A DNA stretch of 64,000 nt. Source: an uncultured Ohtaekwangia sp. (GTDB lineage: Bacteria; Bacteroidota; Bacteroidia; Cytophagales; Cyclobacteriaceae). The stretch's first letter is position 1; the number at the start of each line of letters is the position of its first letter. A program made the position numbers and the translations under genes. The stretch is from contig CAZIOY010000003.1 of assembly GCA_964540915.1 (NCBI GenBank), positions 38,440 through 102,439 on the forward strand, given 5' to 3'. Positions 49,095 to 59,051 of the stretch are shown here, piece after piece. The notes beneath the pieces are model-generated. The model was not told the origin of the DNA. It made no database searches and worked only from the letters and a program-made list of their open reading frames with translations.

Positions 49095-50063
49095 TTGAAT
49101 ATAGTAAAAAATATCAAACAAATCGCCATCGATGTTCTCTTAAATGAGTCTAAAGCGGTTGAAAATCTTACTCATTTTATCGACAACGATTTCGAGGCCT
49201 GTGTACGGGAAATTCTTCAATCCAAGGGGCGGGTGGTGATTACGGGAATTGGAAAAAGCGCCATCATCGCTAATAAGATTGTGGCCACTTTGAATTCCAC
49301 GGGCACCCCGGCTCTTTTTATGCATGCTGCCGATGCCATTCATGGCGATTTGGGCATGATTCAGAGTACCGATATTGTTATTTGCTTATCGAAAAGCGGA
49401 AATACTCCTGAAATCAAAGTACTCGTGCCGCTCCTGAAGCGGAGGGGTTCAAAATTGGTAGCACTGGTGAGTAATAAAAATTCATACCTGGCAGAGCATT
49501 CGGATTTTGTATTGAACGCTACCATCCAGGAAGAAGCGTGTCCAAATAACCTTGCACCGACCACGAGTACCACGGCCCATTTAGCCATGGGTGATGCGCT
49601 TGCCGTCTGCCTTCTTGAACTGCGTAATTTTTCTAAAGAAGATTTTGCTCGTTATCATCCCGGGGGGGCATTAGGCAAGCAGTTGTATCTCAAGGTGGAG
49701 GATGTTTTTTCAAACAATCAACTACCAACGGTGCGGGCTGAAACTTCCCTGCGAGACGTAATACTGGAAATCTCATCGAAGCGGTTGGGTGCAACCGCGG
49801 TGGTGGATGAAGAAAAAAATCTTTTAGGCATTATTACCGATGGTGACCTTAGAAGGATGTTGCAAAAAGAATCTAATATTGGGTCTGTAAAAGCAGCGGA
49901 TATCATGACACGCACACCCAAGTCAATCGACAAGAGCGAATTTGCTGTGAAAGCGCTGCAAGTGATGCAGGAAAATAGCATCTCTCAACTGGTAGTAAAA
50001 GATGGATCTAAGGTGGCGGGATTCATCCACCTTCATGATTTACTCAAAGAGGGTATCGTTTAA
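49095..50063 (+). CDS. kpsF: KpsF/GutQ family arabinose-5-phosphate isomerase (SIS plus 2 CBS domains)
   Basis: SIS motif VITGIGKSAIIANK, SKSGNT, YHPGGALG, followed by tandem CBS domains. Confidence 0.85.
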   Translation: MNIVKNIKQIAIDVLLNESKAVENLTHFIDNDFEACVREILQSKGRVVITGIGKSAIIANKIVATLNSTGTPALFMHAADAIHGDLGMIQSTDIVICLSKSGNTPEIKVLVPLLKRRGSKLVALVSNKNSYLAEHSDFVLNATIQEEACPNNLAPTTSTTAHLAMGDALAVCLLELRNFSKEDFARYHPGGALGKQLYLKVEDVFSNNQLPTVRAETSLRDVILEISSKRLGATAVVDEEKNLLGIITDGDLRRMLQKESNIGSVKAADIMTRTPKSIDKSEFAVKALQVMQENSISQLVVKDGSKVAGFIHLHDLLKEGIV

Positions 50064-50091
50064 GTAATTTCAGATTCCAATAGGAAAATCT

Positions 50092-51168
50092 ATGAATAAA
50101 AATCTTTTTGTAGTGCTGATGGCAGGCGGAGTAGGAACGCGCTTCTGGCCATACAGCCGCAACTCCCGCCCTAAGCAATTTTTAGATGTGCTTGGCATAG
50201 GCAAAACTCTCCTACAAGCTACTTACGATCGGTTTTTACCACTTTGTCCTAAGGAGAATATTCTGGTGGTTACCCATGAAGAGCACCGGGCGCTAACACA
50301 GGAGCAACTGCCTGCCATGGAGGTTAAAAATATTTTAACGGAGACCATGCGTAAGAATACGGCTCCGTGTATCATCTATGCCTCATTGAAAATTTATAAG
50401 CAGAATCCGGATGCGGTCATCGTGGTGAGTCCATCCGATCATTTGATTTTGGATGAAGCGGAATTTCAACAAACCATACGATCTTGTTTTGAGCAGGCAA
50501 AAAATCAAGACAAGTTAGTGACTCTTGGAATCAAACCGATTCGCCCGGAAACGGGGTATGGATACATTCAATATATTAATGGAAAGCCTGCCTTAAAGAA
50601 AGTAAAAACCTTCACGGAAAAGCCAGAGCTATCGTTGGCAAAAAAATTTATTGATAGCGGTGATTTTGTATGGAATGCAGGAATTTTCGTGTGGGGAGTA
50701 AAAGCAATTTTAGAAGCCTTTAGAAAACATCTGCCTGAGATGACGGAAGTTTTTGAAGAAGCCGCTCTTCGATTTAATACAGAACAGGAACGCACGGCAT
50801 TACAAGCCGCTTACTCCCAAACAAAAAGTATCTCTATTGATTATGGAATTATGGAGAAGGCAGACAACGTTTACGTTTGGTTGAGTACGTTTGCGTGGTC
50901 TGATCTGGGATCATGGAGTTCGTTGTATGATAACTCCACCAAGGATGCAAACCACAACGCGATCAGCGCAGATACATTGATCTATGAAACCAGAAATTCT
51001 GTTATCAAAGGTCCAAAAGATAAGTTGATTGTTGTGCAGGGTTTGAATGGGTTCCTGGTAGGCGCATTCGATAATGTGGTTATCGTTTGTGAGAAGGATA
51101 AGGAAGAACTCTTCAGAAAAATTGTAAACGATTTGAAGATCAGGCCCAACGGCAACGATTATTTATAG
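50092..51168 (+). CDS. mannose-1-phosphate guanylyltransferase (nucleotidyltransferase family)
   Basis: LMAGGVGTRFWP, PSDH, GYGYI, WNAGIFVW, DLGSW. Confidence 0.85.
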   Translation: MNKNLFVVLMAGGVGTRFWPYSRNSRPKQFLDVLGIGKTLLQATYDRFLPLCPKENILVVTHEEHRALTQEQLPAMEVKNILTETMRKNTAPCIIYASLKIYKQNPDAVIVVSPSDHLILDEAEFQQTIRSCFEQAKNQDKLVTLGIKPIRPETGYGYIQYINGKPALKKVKTFTEKPELSLAKKFIDSGDFVWNAGIFVWGVKAILEAFRKHLPEMTEVFEEAALRFNTEQERTALQAAYSQTKSISIDYGIMEKADNVYVWLSTFAWSDLGSWSSLYDNSTKDANHNAISADTLIYETRNSVIKGPKDKLIVVQGLNGFLVGAFDNVVIVCEKDKEELFRKIVNDLKIRPNGNDYL

Positions 51169-51899
51169 TTCCTTTGTCGTATTGCTTCATACACACAAAC
51201 ACCTGCGGCAACCGAGACATTGAGCGAAGCAATGTTGCCGCTCATGGGTATTTTAGCGTGGTGATCGGAATCTTTCAATAACTCAGGAGAAATTCCATCT
51301 TCTTCCGAGCCAAGTACCAGGGCGAGAGGCGAATTCAAATCAAGTTCGTAAAGAATTTTATCTGCTTTTTCGGTGCACGCAACAATCTGAACTCCGTTGT
51401 CTTTTAAAAACGCAAAGGTTTTTTTCATATCCTTTACCCGGCACACGGGCAGGTGACTGAGCGCACCGGAAGATGTTTTCATGGCATCACCGGTAATGGG
51501 GGCGTTGCCTTTATCTCCCATAACAATGGCATTGATGCCGGCACACTCCGCGGTGCGTGCGATGGCTCCAAAATTTCTTACATCCGTTACGCGATCCAGG
51601 ATCAGCAGAAAGGGTTCTTTGCCTTCGCTGTATAATTTGTCAATAATATTTTCAAGAGAAGCATATTGAACAGCCGACAAAACGCAGACTACACCTTGAT
51701 GATTCTTTGTCGAAAGGCTGTTGAGTTTTTGCTGAGGAACGAATGTGAACGGCACCCCGCTTCTCTTTGCAAGCGTGATCAGTTCTTTGATCAGGTCGTT
51801 GTTCAGTCCGGCTTGTATGAATACTTTCTCAATCTCACGTTTGGCAAGAATGGCTTCCATGACGGCACGGGTGCCGAATATCGTTTCAGTTTTTTCCAT
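51159..51899 (-). CDS. rlmB: 23S rRNA (guanosine-2'-O)-methyltransferase RlmB (SpoU/TrmH family)
   Basis: IFGTRAVMEAI N-terminal SpoU_sub_bind. SpoU motifs DRVTDVRNFGAI, LVLGSEEDGIS, IPMSGNIASLNVS. Confidence 0.85.
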   Translation of the reverse strand: MEKTETIFGTRAVMEAILAKREIEKVFIQAGLNNDLIKELITLAKRSGVPFTFVPQQKLNSLSTKNHQGVVCVLSAVQYASLENIIDKLYSEGKEPFLLILDRVTDVRNFGAIARTAECAGINAIVMGDKGNAPITGDAMKTSSGALSHLPVCRVKDMKKTFAFLKDNGVQIVACTEKADKILYELDLNSPLALVLGSEEDGISPELLKDSDHHAKIPMSGNIASLNVSVAAGVCVYEAIRQRNYK

Positions 51900-51934
51900 G
51901 TTTTTTGTAAAAGTAAGGAAAGAAGCGATTTAAA

Positions 51935-53110
51935 TCAGAACCTGCTTTTTCGCCACAGGTCGATGGTGCTAAACCACGGCTCCATAAAGCGTTCATCTCT
52001 CAGCAATACATGATTCTCAGGATCGTATACACTGCCGCTTTTCACGAATGTGAATCGTGATTTTGAATTTTTATAGTACCACGTCTCGTTTCCATCATTC
52101 ACGCTTACTTCATCGGGCAACCCGAAGATCAGGTAAATCATGCCCCGGTCAGTTTTCCATCCTTCTTTGTAGGAAATAAAATATTGGTTGGCGAGTTCTA
52201 CTCTTCTGAAATAGCCTTTCATGAAGTTGGATGCGCGATCTTTGTCTTTGGTGATATCCAGAATGACTTTATCGAATTTGGCTTTATCGCCTTTTGAGTT
52301 AAGCAGTTCTGCATATTCATCCTGGGTGCAAATAAAAATCAGCGGTTTAATGAGATCTTCAATTTTAGAAAATCTCGGATATACCTTGTTCACCACCCTT
52401 ACAGCAAATCCCTCCGCTGAATTGGTGTCTTTTTGGAATAGGTATAGTCCTGTTTTTGAAAGTGAAAGCGATGCGCCCGGACTAACCTGAAAAGTTGAGT
52501 CGTGGAACATGAAGCGGTCTTCTTTACTTTCCTTTTCGGCAAACGGAGGATAGGCGGCAGGAAAATCCTCGTTGAACCAGGAAACATGGAAAGGCTTGCT
52601 GTCACTACCTTTGATGGTATAGGGTTGATTAACGATCAGATATCTTCGGGTTAGCCGTTCGTTATCTTGTTCAATCCATCCACTCACCGGATAATTTTCT
52701 TCGATCTTTTTGAAATGCATCCAGCTTTTTTTGGTTTCCTTATTAGTGACTTTAACGACCAGCAACCAGGGCTTTGCAGGAATATCAAACGACCATTGGC
52801 CCTTTTTCAGTTTTTCGGATTTAGTCGTATCGGAATAGGTTAAAAGCGTTCCTGTGCGCTGTGTATACGTCTCTCTTTTTTCCCAGGTGATGTCATACTT
52901 TTCAAGGGGTAATGGATTAGTTTCAATTCTGAAATAGATCTCCACCTTTTGTGCGGTCCTTACCGGCTGCAGGAAGATGGAGACTTCACCATCAGGATTG
53001 TATAAATCACGAAAATTTATGCTTGTAAGCGCCTGTGAAAACAGCATTTGGACGGGCCAGGCAATCAGGAAGAGAATAATAAGACGTCTCATAGTATATT
53101 TGAGCAACAT
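51935..53110 (-). CDS. GWxTD domain-containing protein, secreted
   Basis: Signal peptide. Literal GWKTD motif (YKEGWKTDRGMIYLIFGLPDEV). An alternative ATG at 53092 gives a cleaner signal peptide. Confidence 0.8.
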   Translation of the reverse strand: MLLKYTMRRLIILFLIAWPVQMLFSQALTSINFRDLYNPDGEVSIFLQPVRTAQKVEIYFRIETNPLPLEKYDITWEKRETYTQRTGTLLTYSDTTKSEKLKKGQWSFDIPAKPWLLVVKVTNKETKKSWMHFKKIEENYPVSGWIEQDNERLTRRYLIVNQPYTIKGSDSKPFHVSWFNEDFPAAYPPFAEKESKEDRFMFHDSTFQVSPGASLSLSKTGLYLFQKDTNSAEGFAVRVVNKVYPRFSKIEDLIKPLIFICTQDEYAELLNSKGDKAKFDKVILDITKDKDRASNFMKGYFRRVELANQYFISYKEGWKTDRGMIYLIFGLPDEVSVNDGNETWYYKNSKSRFTFVKSGSVYDPENHVLLRDERFMEPWFSTIDLWRKSRF

Positions 53111-53142
53111 AAAATTACAACGTTAAATTTAACCAATTGCGT

Positions 53143-53150
53143 TATTTTTG
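53143..53150 (+). promoter_or_regulatory. putative -7 promoter element (TATTTTTG) for the methyltransferase gene
   Basis: Exact TAnnTTTG, 20 nt upstream of the ATG at 53170 and downstream of the track start at 53137. Confidence 0.45.
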
Positions 53151-53169
53151 CCCGATAATTTTTTTTACG

Positions 53170-53946
53170 ATGGCATCTGTCTACACCACCGAAATTACCT
53201 CAGAATCAATTCCTTCAGATAATCCTATCCACCAAAGGCTGCTGCGCCCTTATGTATTGGCTCCCCAGTATGCGAAAGGGGATTTGTTGGAAGTAGGATG
53301 TGGCGAAGGACGTGGAATAGATTTGTTGCTGCCAGGCATAACCTCCTATACAGCGATTGATAAGATTGCTCCGCTGATCGATAAACTTCAGCAAAAGTAC
53401 CCACAAGGAAGATTTTTAAGTGGCAACATTCCACCTCTTTCTTCTTTTGCAGATAATAGCTTCGATTCGGTGGTCAGTTTTCAGGTGATTGAACACATTC
53501 AGGATGACCGGCTATTCTTAAAGGAAATACATCGGGTGCTAAAGCCCGGAGGCATTGCCTTGCTCACCACACCCAACCGACTCTACTCTTTATCGCGCAA
53601 CCCCTGGCACATCCGTGAATACACTGCAAAGGAGTTGACCAACCTCGCGAAAGCTTTTTTCTCTAAGGTCACCATGCATGGGATTACCGGCAATGATAAA
53701 GTGATGGAATATCATGCTCGTAACAAGAAGTCGGTGGATAGGCTCATGCGATGGGATATTTTCAAGCTTCAGTATAAGTTGCCTGCTGCTATCCTTAGAG
53801 TTCCCTATGAGTTTATGAATCGCGTAAACCGGAATAAACTGAAGGGAAGTGATGACCAGTTGGTGATGAGCATCCGGCAGGAAGATTATCTCCTTACCGA
53901 GGATGCTCCTCACTCATTGGATTTGTTTTTAATTGTGCAGAAATAA
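53170..53946 (+). CDS. class I SAM-dependent methyltransferase
   Basis: Motif I LLEVGCGEGRG and post-I/II regions (FDSVVSFQVIEHI, LKPGGIALL). Confidence 0.8.
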   Translation: MASVYTTEITSESIPSDNPIHQRLLRPYVLAPQYAKGDLLEVGCGEGRGIDLLLPGITSYTAIDKIAPLIDKLQQKYPQGRFLSGNIPPLSSFADNSFDSVVSFQVIEHIQDDRLFLKEIHRVLKPGGIALLTTPNRLYSLSRNPWHIREYTAKELTNLAKAFFSKVTMHGITGNDKVMEYHARNKKSVDRLMRWDIFKLQYKLPAAILRVPYEFMNRVNRNKLKGSDDQLVMSIRQEDYLLTEDAPHSLDLFLIVQK

Positions 53947-53949
53947 TTT

Positions 53950-56901
53950 TTACATGCCATCTTCCTGATAAATACGCAGGCTGGCCAAGTGCTTGTTTAA
54001 GGCATCTTCGTATTTTTTGCCTAGTTCCATTTCACCGTTTTCATAGAGGGTGCGCTGCAACGTGTTCAGGATAAAAGCATTTCTTCTTACCTCGATCGAC
54101 ATACCATAATTTTCTTCAATCAGGTAGGTAATCATTTCATCGGCACGGTCGCCACTCAGTTTGGCAATCTCTATGGCTTTTTCTTTTTGACCTACCTGGA
54201 ACAACAGATCCGCTAACGTTGGAGCGGTGATATCGAAAGGAATCACACGGTCTGGCATTTTTGTAAGAGAGAATTCCAACACCTGGTTGGCCTTCTCCAT
54301 TTGACCTTCGTCAATCAATGCTTGCGCCAGATCATTCAACGCGCTTCTATGATTTAATACAAAGCCGCGATAGTCCTCACTGAAATAAAGTTTCTCATCA
54401 TCCAACCCTCTGTATTTGAATTTGTTGATCATGTTGTCGTAGGTTTTTTCAGTATCAACCAGATGCTCGCGGTCTCGGTGAGGATTGCGAATAGGCAGAA
54501 TACGGTATGCATTTCCTTCCTGCACGGCATACGGACTTAGGTCAATGTTGATTTGCGACAATGAAGTGTTATTCAGGTACACCGGACGTTCCCAATTATT
54601 GGTAACCAGAAAATCCAGCAGGGCAAGATCCTTTTTCTCGAGGGCTCCACGGAGAACCTTAATTTCCATTTGATCTACCAACAGGCTGTCAAATTGTTTT
54701 GGTATAAGTCCTTTCGCTCTCAATTCGTCTTTGTTGATGCTGAGCGTTAATACCTTACTAGGTATAATGTTTCTGTCACCGTCACGCAGTTGAGCGTAAT
54801 CCTTCGATAACAAGTCAATGTACTGCCTGGCGTCAAGACTTTTTAATTTCAGATCTGCAAAAGGCAGATAGTCGTTGAGCCCACCTTGTTTATATTGCTT
54901 GGCAGTGAGTGTATAGGGGATTGGCTCTGACTCGTATGCCTTGCGCATCGTTTGTTCGATGTACCAATCCGTGTTATAATAACTCAACACCACCACGCGC
55001 ATATCGGTGCGCATGCCTTCGACTTCTTGTGCATACCACAATGGGAATGTGTCATTATCACCCCCGGTAAAGATCACCGCATTTTCTTCGCAAGAGTTCA
55101 GATAATTGGCGGCTGAGTCTACTGAGAAGAAACGATTGGCGCGGTTGTGGTCATCCCATCCTTGGGCAGCCATGATGGCCGGTGCGCTTAATCCAATTAA
55201 GGTGGCGGTGATGGCAGCTACTTTTCCTTGCTTTAAAAAGTTTTTCAGAAGTTCGGCAATGCCAATGATGGAAAGACCGATCCAGAGAGCAAATGCATAG
55301 TAGGATCCCGCATAAATGTAATCGCGCTCTCTTGGTTCGGTGGGTGGAGAGTTCAGGTATACAACAATAGCCACGCCCAGCATGACAAAGAGAAGGGCAA
55401 TCACGGAAAAGTTTTTAGTGTCTTTTACGAATTGATAAAACATGCCAATCAGCCCGAGCACAAAAGGAATCATGAAGAAATTATTTCTGCCTTTGTTCGA
55501 AGCCAAAACATCGGGTACATTTTTAGAGGCACCTATTGGACTCAGCCAGTCAGCGCCTTGCTCATCACTTTCTCTTCCGGCAAAATTCCACATGAAATAG
55601 CGCATGTACATGTTGCCTATCTGATGTTGAAACATGAAGTAAAGGTTCTGAGCAAACGTAGGTTTCTCACCTTCAGCAAGACCTAAAATACTCATATAAG
55701 TTTCTTTATGATCCGGATTCCAAACCCGTGGTAATATTGTTTCCTGGCCAGGCTCATACACGTAGCTGAACTTGCGTGATGCTATTTCATATTTGTCTTT
55801 CCCTTTGGTGTATTCGGCTGCTCCATACTCCACATCAATCGGGCGGGCTGTAAAATATTGTCCGAACAGGAGCGGGCGGCTACCATATTGCTCGCGCTTC
55901 AGGTAGCGGATAAAGCTCATTACATCTTTGGGTGCGTTTTCGTTGATGAGTGTATCGTAGTTCGAACGGATGATCACCATCGTATAAGAAGAATATCCAA
56001 TCAGAATAAAAGTGGTCGCCAGAATGAATGTATTCAAAACGGGTTTGTTGTTCTTTTGCGTGTAATAGATTCCATATACCAGAGCAGCAAGTAATATCAT
56101 AAAAAAGACCAGGGCGCCAGATCCAAAGAAAAAGCCGAGCGTATTAACAAAGAAAACCTCGAAGTAACCTGCAATGGTAGGCAAGCCGGGAACAATAAAA
56201 TCGTTGATGAATAATACAAGGCCAACGCTAACAGCCAACGTAGCAATCACACCCCAGGTAGTGGGTTTAAATTTTTTGAAATAATATATTAGGCCAAGGG
56301 CCGGCAAGGTTACCAGGTTAAGCAAGTGAATGCCGATGGAGAGGCCCATCATGTAGAACATTAACAATATCCAACGATTGGCTTTGCTTTCGTCTTCAAT
56401 TACATCCCATTTTAAAATTCCCCAAACCACAAACGCTGTGAAGAAGGATGACATGGCGTACACTTCTGCTTCGACAGCAGAAAACCAGAATGAATCGGAA
56501 AAGGTATAGGCCAGAGAGCCTACCAGACCTGCGCCCATTAATATCCAGGTTTGATCTGACGTTATTTCTGAGTCTTTGGCAAGGCCCATCATTTTGCGAC
56601 CAAACAGTGTGATCGACCAAAAAAGGAAAAGGATCGTAAAGGCACTGGCCAGCACACTCATAAAGTTGATCCAATAGGCCACTTTGGTAACATCGCCCAT
56701 TGCCAGAAACGAGAAGACCCGGCCCATCAAAAGAAAGAGGGGAGCGCCAGGAGGGTGTGGAACCTGAAGTTTATAAGAAACCGCGATGAATTCGCCACAA
56801 TCCCAATAGCTTGCTGTTTCCTCCATCGTGAGCCAATAGGTAATCAGGGCCACGGCAAATACTAACCAACCGGTGATATTGTTCGATTTCTGAAAATTCA
56901 T
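53950..56901 (-). CDS. DUF2723 domain-containing membrane protein (PMT/GT-C-like, TMEM260-related)
   Basis: 983 aa. N-terminal WDCGEFIAVSYKLQVPHPPGAPLF signature, about 11 TM, and a large soluble C-terminal half with TPR-like helices. Confidence 0.85.
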   Translation of the reverse strand: MNFQKSNNITGWLVFAVALITYWLTMEETASYWDCGEFIAVSYKLQVPHPPGAPLFLLMGRVFSFLAMGDVTKVAYWINFMSVLASAFTILFLFWSITLFGRKMMGLAKDSEITSDQTWILMGAGLVGSLAYTFSDSFWFSAVEAEVYAMSSFFTAFVVWGILKWDVIEDESKANRWILLMFYMMGLSIGIHLLNLVTLPALGLIYYFKKFKPTTWGVIATLAVSVGLVLFINDFIVPGLPTIAGYFEVFFVNTLGFFFGSGALVFFMILLAALVYGIYYTQKNNKPVLNTFILATTFILIGYSSYTMVIIRSNYDTLINENAPKDVMSFIRYLKREQYGSRPLLFGQYFTARPIDVEYGAAEYTKGKDKYEIASRKFSYVYEPGQETILPRVWNPDHKETYMSILGLAEGEKPTFAQNLYFMFQHQIGNMYMRYFMWNFAGRESDEQGADWLSPIGASKNVPDVLASNKGRNNFFMIPFVLGLIGMFYQFVKDTKNFSVIALLFVMLGVAIVVYLNSPPTEPRERDYIYAGSYYAFALWIGLSIIGIAELLKNFLKQGKVAAITATLIGLSAPAIMAAQGWDDHNRANRFFSVDSAANYLNSCEENAVIFTGGDNDTFPLWYAQEVEGMRTDMRVVVLSYYNTDWYIEQTMRKAYESEPIPYTLTAKQYKQGGLNDYLPFADLKLKSLDARQYIDLLSKDYAQLRDGDRNIIPSKVLTLSINKDELRAKGLIPKQFDSLLVDQMEIKVLRGALEKKDLALLDFLVTNNWERPVYLNNTSLSQINIDLSPYAVQEGNAYRILPIRNPHRDREHLVDTEKTYDNMINKFKYRGLDDEKLYFSEDYRGFVLNHRSALNDLAQALIDEGQMEKANQVLEFSLTKMPDRVIPFDITAPTLADLLFQVGQKEKAIEIAKLSGDRADEMITYLIEENYGMSIEVRRNAFILNTLQRTLYENGEMELGKKYEDALNKHLASLRIYQEDGM

Positions 56902-56963
56902 GTGTTTTCTTTGAATTTAAGGGGCGAAAATAGGGAAAAAATAGTCTACACGTAAGAATTAAA

Positions 56964-56991
56964 AGTAGGCAGTAGGCAGTCGCGAGTAGAC
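56964..56991. repeat. 28-nt AGT-heptamer element: AGTAGGC AGTAGGC AGT CGCG AGTAGAC
   Basis: Same plan as 31884-31911 (heptamer x2, AGT, 4-nt spacer, third heptamer). Its left part is complementary to 57070-57079 and 57100-57105. Confidence 0.6.
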
Positions 56992-57111
56992 AATAATGCT
57001 AAACCACACCTATTTCTTGCTTAGATGAAGATTGGGTAACAGATAGTTTTAAAATGAACTTCTTTCCATGACTGCCTGCAGCCGCTTGCCGGCAGCCCAC
57101 TACTTCCAAGG

Positions 57112-57744
57112 CTATTTATAGACAATCACATAAAAGATAAGCCACAAGATAAATATCAAAATGTAGGACGTTGAAACAATCCACCAGGCTGCCTTTTTTT
57201 CCCGTTTTGCATAATAGTGCACTCCGTTCACCATGATCAGGACATAGAAAATCTCAAAAACACTAATGGCCCTTAGTGGATAGGCATATCGCTTGGCTAC
57301 TTCCGTATAGTCAAAGAAATTCATCAAAGAAAAAGGATAAAAGGCCCTGATTTCGGGTAAAGTCGGGTCGCTTTGGAAAAACATGAACCATACGATCTTT
57401 ACTATTTCAGGAAGTACGAAGATGAATTCAGCTGCCATAACCACACTCCAGCACTGGCTGAACGTGATGCGGAAGCCAAACATGAAGCAACCCACCCACA
57501 GCACAAATCCGATCACGGTAAACTTCCACAGGTAGATAAAGGGTATAGAAAAGAATTGAAGGGCGCTGATCATTTTAAGAATGGCACCTTCGGGGCGGTC
57601 TTGAAGGAACTCAAACGCGGCAGTTTCGTTCTCTATGAATGATTTCTTTACGAACAATAAAAGGATAGAGAGTAAACAAAGGATGATGAATGTCAGTTTC
57701 TTATCAGCAGCAAAGAGCGAACTTTGTTCCTTTTCGTGTTGCAT
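57112..57744 (-). CDS. hypothetical polytopic membrane protein (about 5 TM)
   Basis: 210 aa with several long hydrophobic helices. No nameable motif. Confidence 0.5.
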   Translation of the reverse strand: MQHEKEQSSLFAADKKLTFIILCLLSILLLFVKKSFIENETAAFEFLQDRPEGAILKMISALQFFSIPFIYLWKFTVIGFVLWVGCFMFGFRITFSQCWSVVMAAEFIFVLPEIVKIVWFMFFQSDPTLPEIRAFYPFSLMNFFDYTEVAKRYAYPLRAISVFEIFYVLIMVNGVHYYAKREKKAAWWIVSTSYILIFILWLIFYVIVYK

Positions 57745-57797
57745 GTCTTGTTTTTTGTAGCTGCGAAGGTAAGTTTTTGTTTATTTGAAAATTAGAA

Positions 57798-59009
57798 ATG
57801 AGAAAACGATTCTTTGGAGTTGCTATATTTTTTGGGTTGATGGCCTGCGTGATGGTGTGTGGTTCGGCTTCTGCTCAGGCGAAGGTTAAAAAGGATACCA
57901 CCATTATTCTGATCAACAACGTGAGCATGCAAATCGAAATCAGCGAGGCGCTGAACGATTTGTATAATTTCAAGTTTGAAAAAGCGGAGCAGCAGTTTCG
58001 CTGGTTTAAGCAGAAGTATCCGTGGCACCCGCTACCTTATTTTCTCCTGGGCTTGAGCGAATGGTGGAAGATTATGCCCAACACAAAAGAGACCAAATAC
58101 GATGATCGTTTCTTAGCATACATGGATAGCACCATCGTAGTAGCCAGGAATCTTTTCGAGGAATATCCTGAGTATAAAATTGAAGGTGCTTTTTTTCTGG
58201 CTGCCGCTCATGGTTTTAAAGGAAGACTTTATTCCGATGAGGAGAGAAAAAACTGGACGAAATCAGCCGTAGAGGGAAAGACTGCATTGAACTACATGGA
58301 AATATGCCGGGAGAAAGCAGACTTAAGTCCTGAGTTATTATTTGGTGATGCCCTGTACAACTATTTTTCGGTGTGGGTGCCCGAAAACTATCCTTCTCTG
58401 AAGCCAATCATGTGGTTCTTTCGCAAGGGCGACAAACAGCTGGGCTTAAAGCTGCTAAAAGAGGTTTCGTACAATGCCTTTTATACGCGCACGGAGGCGA
58501 TGGTATGGCTCATGCGCATTTTAAATAGTTATGAAAACGATCAGCCCAGAGCCTTACAAATTTCAGAGTACCTCTACACAATCTATCCGGATAATCCATA
58601 CTTCCATCGCTATTATGCCAGGATGTTATACGCCCGTGGCATGTTTCCTGAGATGGAAAGTGAATCCAAAATGATATTGCAAAGAATTGACAGCGGCCAG
58701 GTGGGCTATGAAGCAACCAGCGGTCGCTATGCAGCTTTTTTTCTTGGACAATTTTACGAATCACAAAGAAAGCTGGAGGAGGCTAAGAAATATTATCTTC
58801 TGGCAGTGAAGTATGCCGAAGAAATTGGCGCCACCGAATCGGGGTATTATCTATTTTCTTTAATTGCCCTTGGCGAGATCAACGATAAGTTGGGAAATAA
58901 GGCGGAAGCAAAACGATATTTTAAAGAAGTAAAAAAGAAATCCAAGCGAAAAGATGAGGCCTTTAAAGACGCGAAGAAAAGGCTGAAGAATCTGGAAAAA
59001 GGTGATTAG
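57798..59009 (+). CDS. secreted TPR-like repeat protein
   Basis: Signal peptide (FFGLMACVMVCGSASAQA), helical repeat content, and a Lys-rich C-terminus. Confidence 0.65.
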   Translation: MRKRFFGVAIFFGLMACVMVCGSASAQAKVKKDTTIILINNVSMQIEISEALNDLYNFKFEKAEQQFRWFKQKYPWHPLPYFLLGLSEWWKIMPNTKETKYDDRFLAYMDSTIVVARNLFEEYPEYKIEGAFFLAAAHGFKGRLYSDEERKNWTKSAVEGKTALNYMEICREKADLSPELLFGDALYNYFSVWVPENYPSLKPIMWFFRKGDKQLGLKLLKEVSYNAFYTRTEAMVWLMRILNSYENDQPRALQISEYLYTIYPDNPYFHRYYARMLYARGMFPEMESESKMILQRIDSGQVGYEATSGRYAAFFLGQFYESQRKLEEAKKYYLLAVKYAEEIGATESGYYLFSLIALGEINDKLGNKAEAKRYFKEVKKKSKRKDEAFKDAKKRLKNLEKGD

Positions 59010-59051
59010 ATTAATGGCTACCTTCGCGCACAGTTACTGACTTTATAATTT

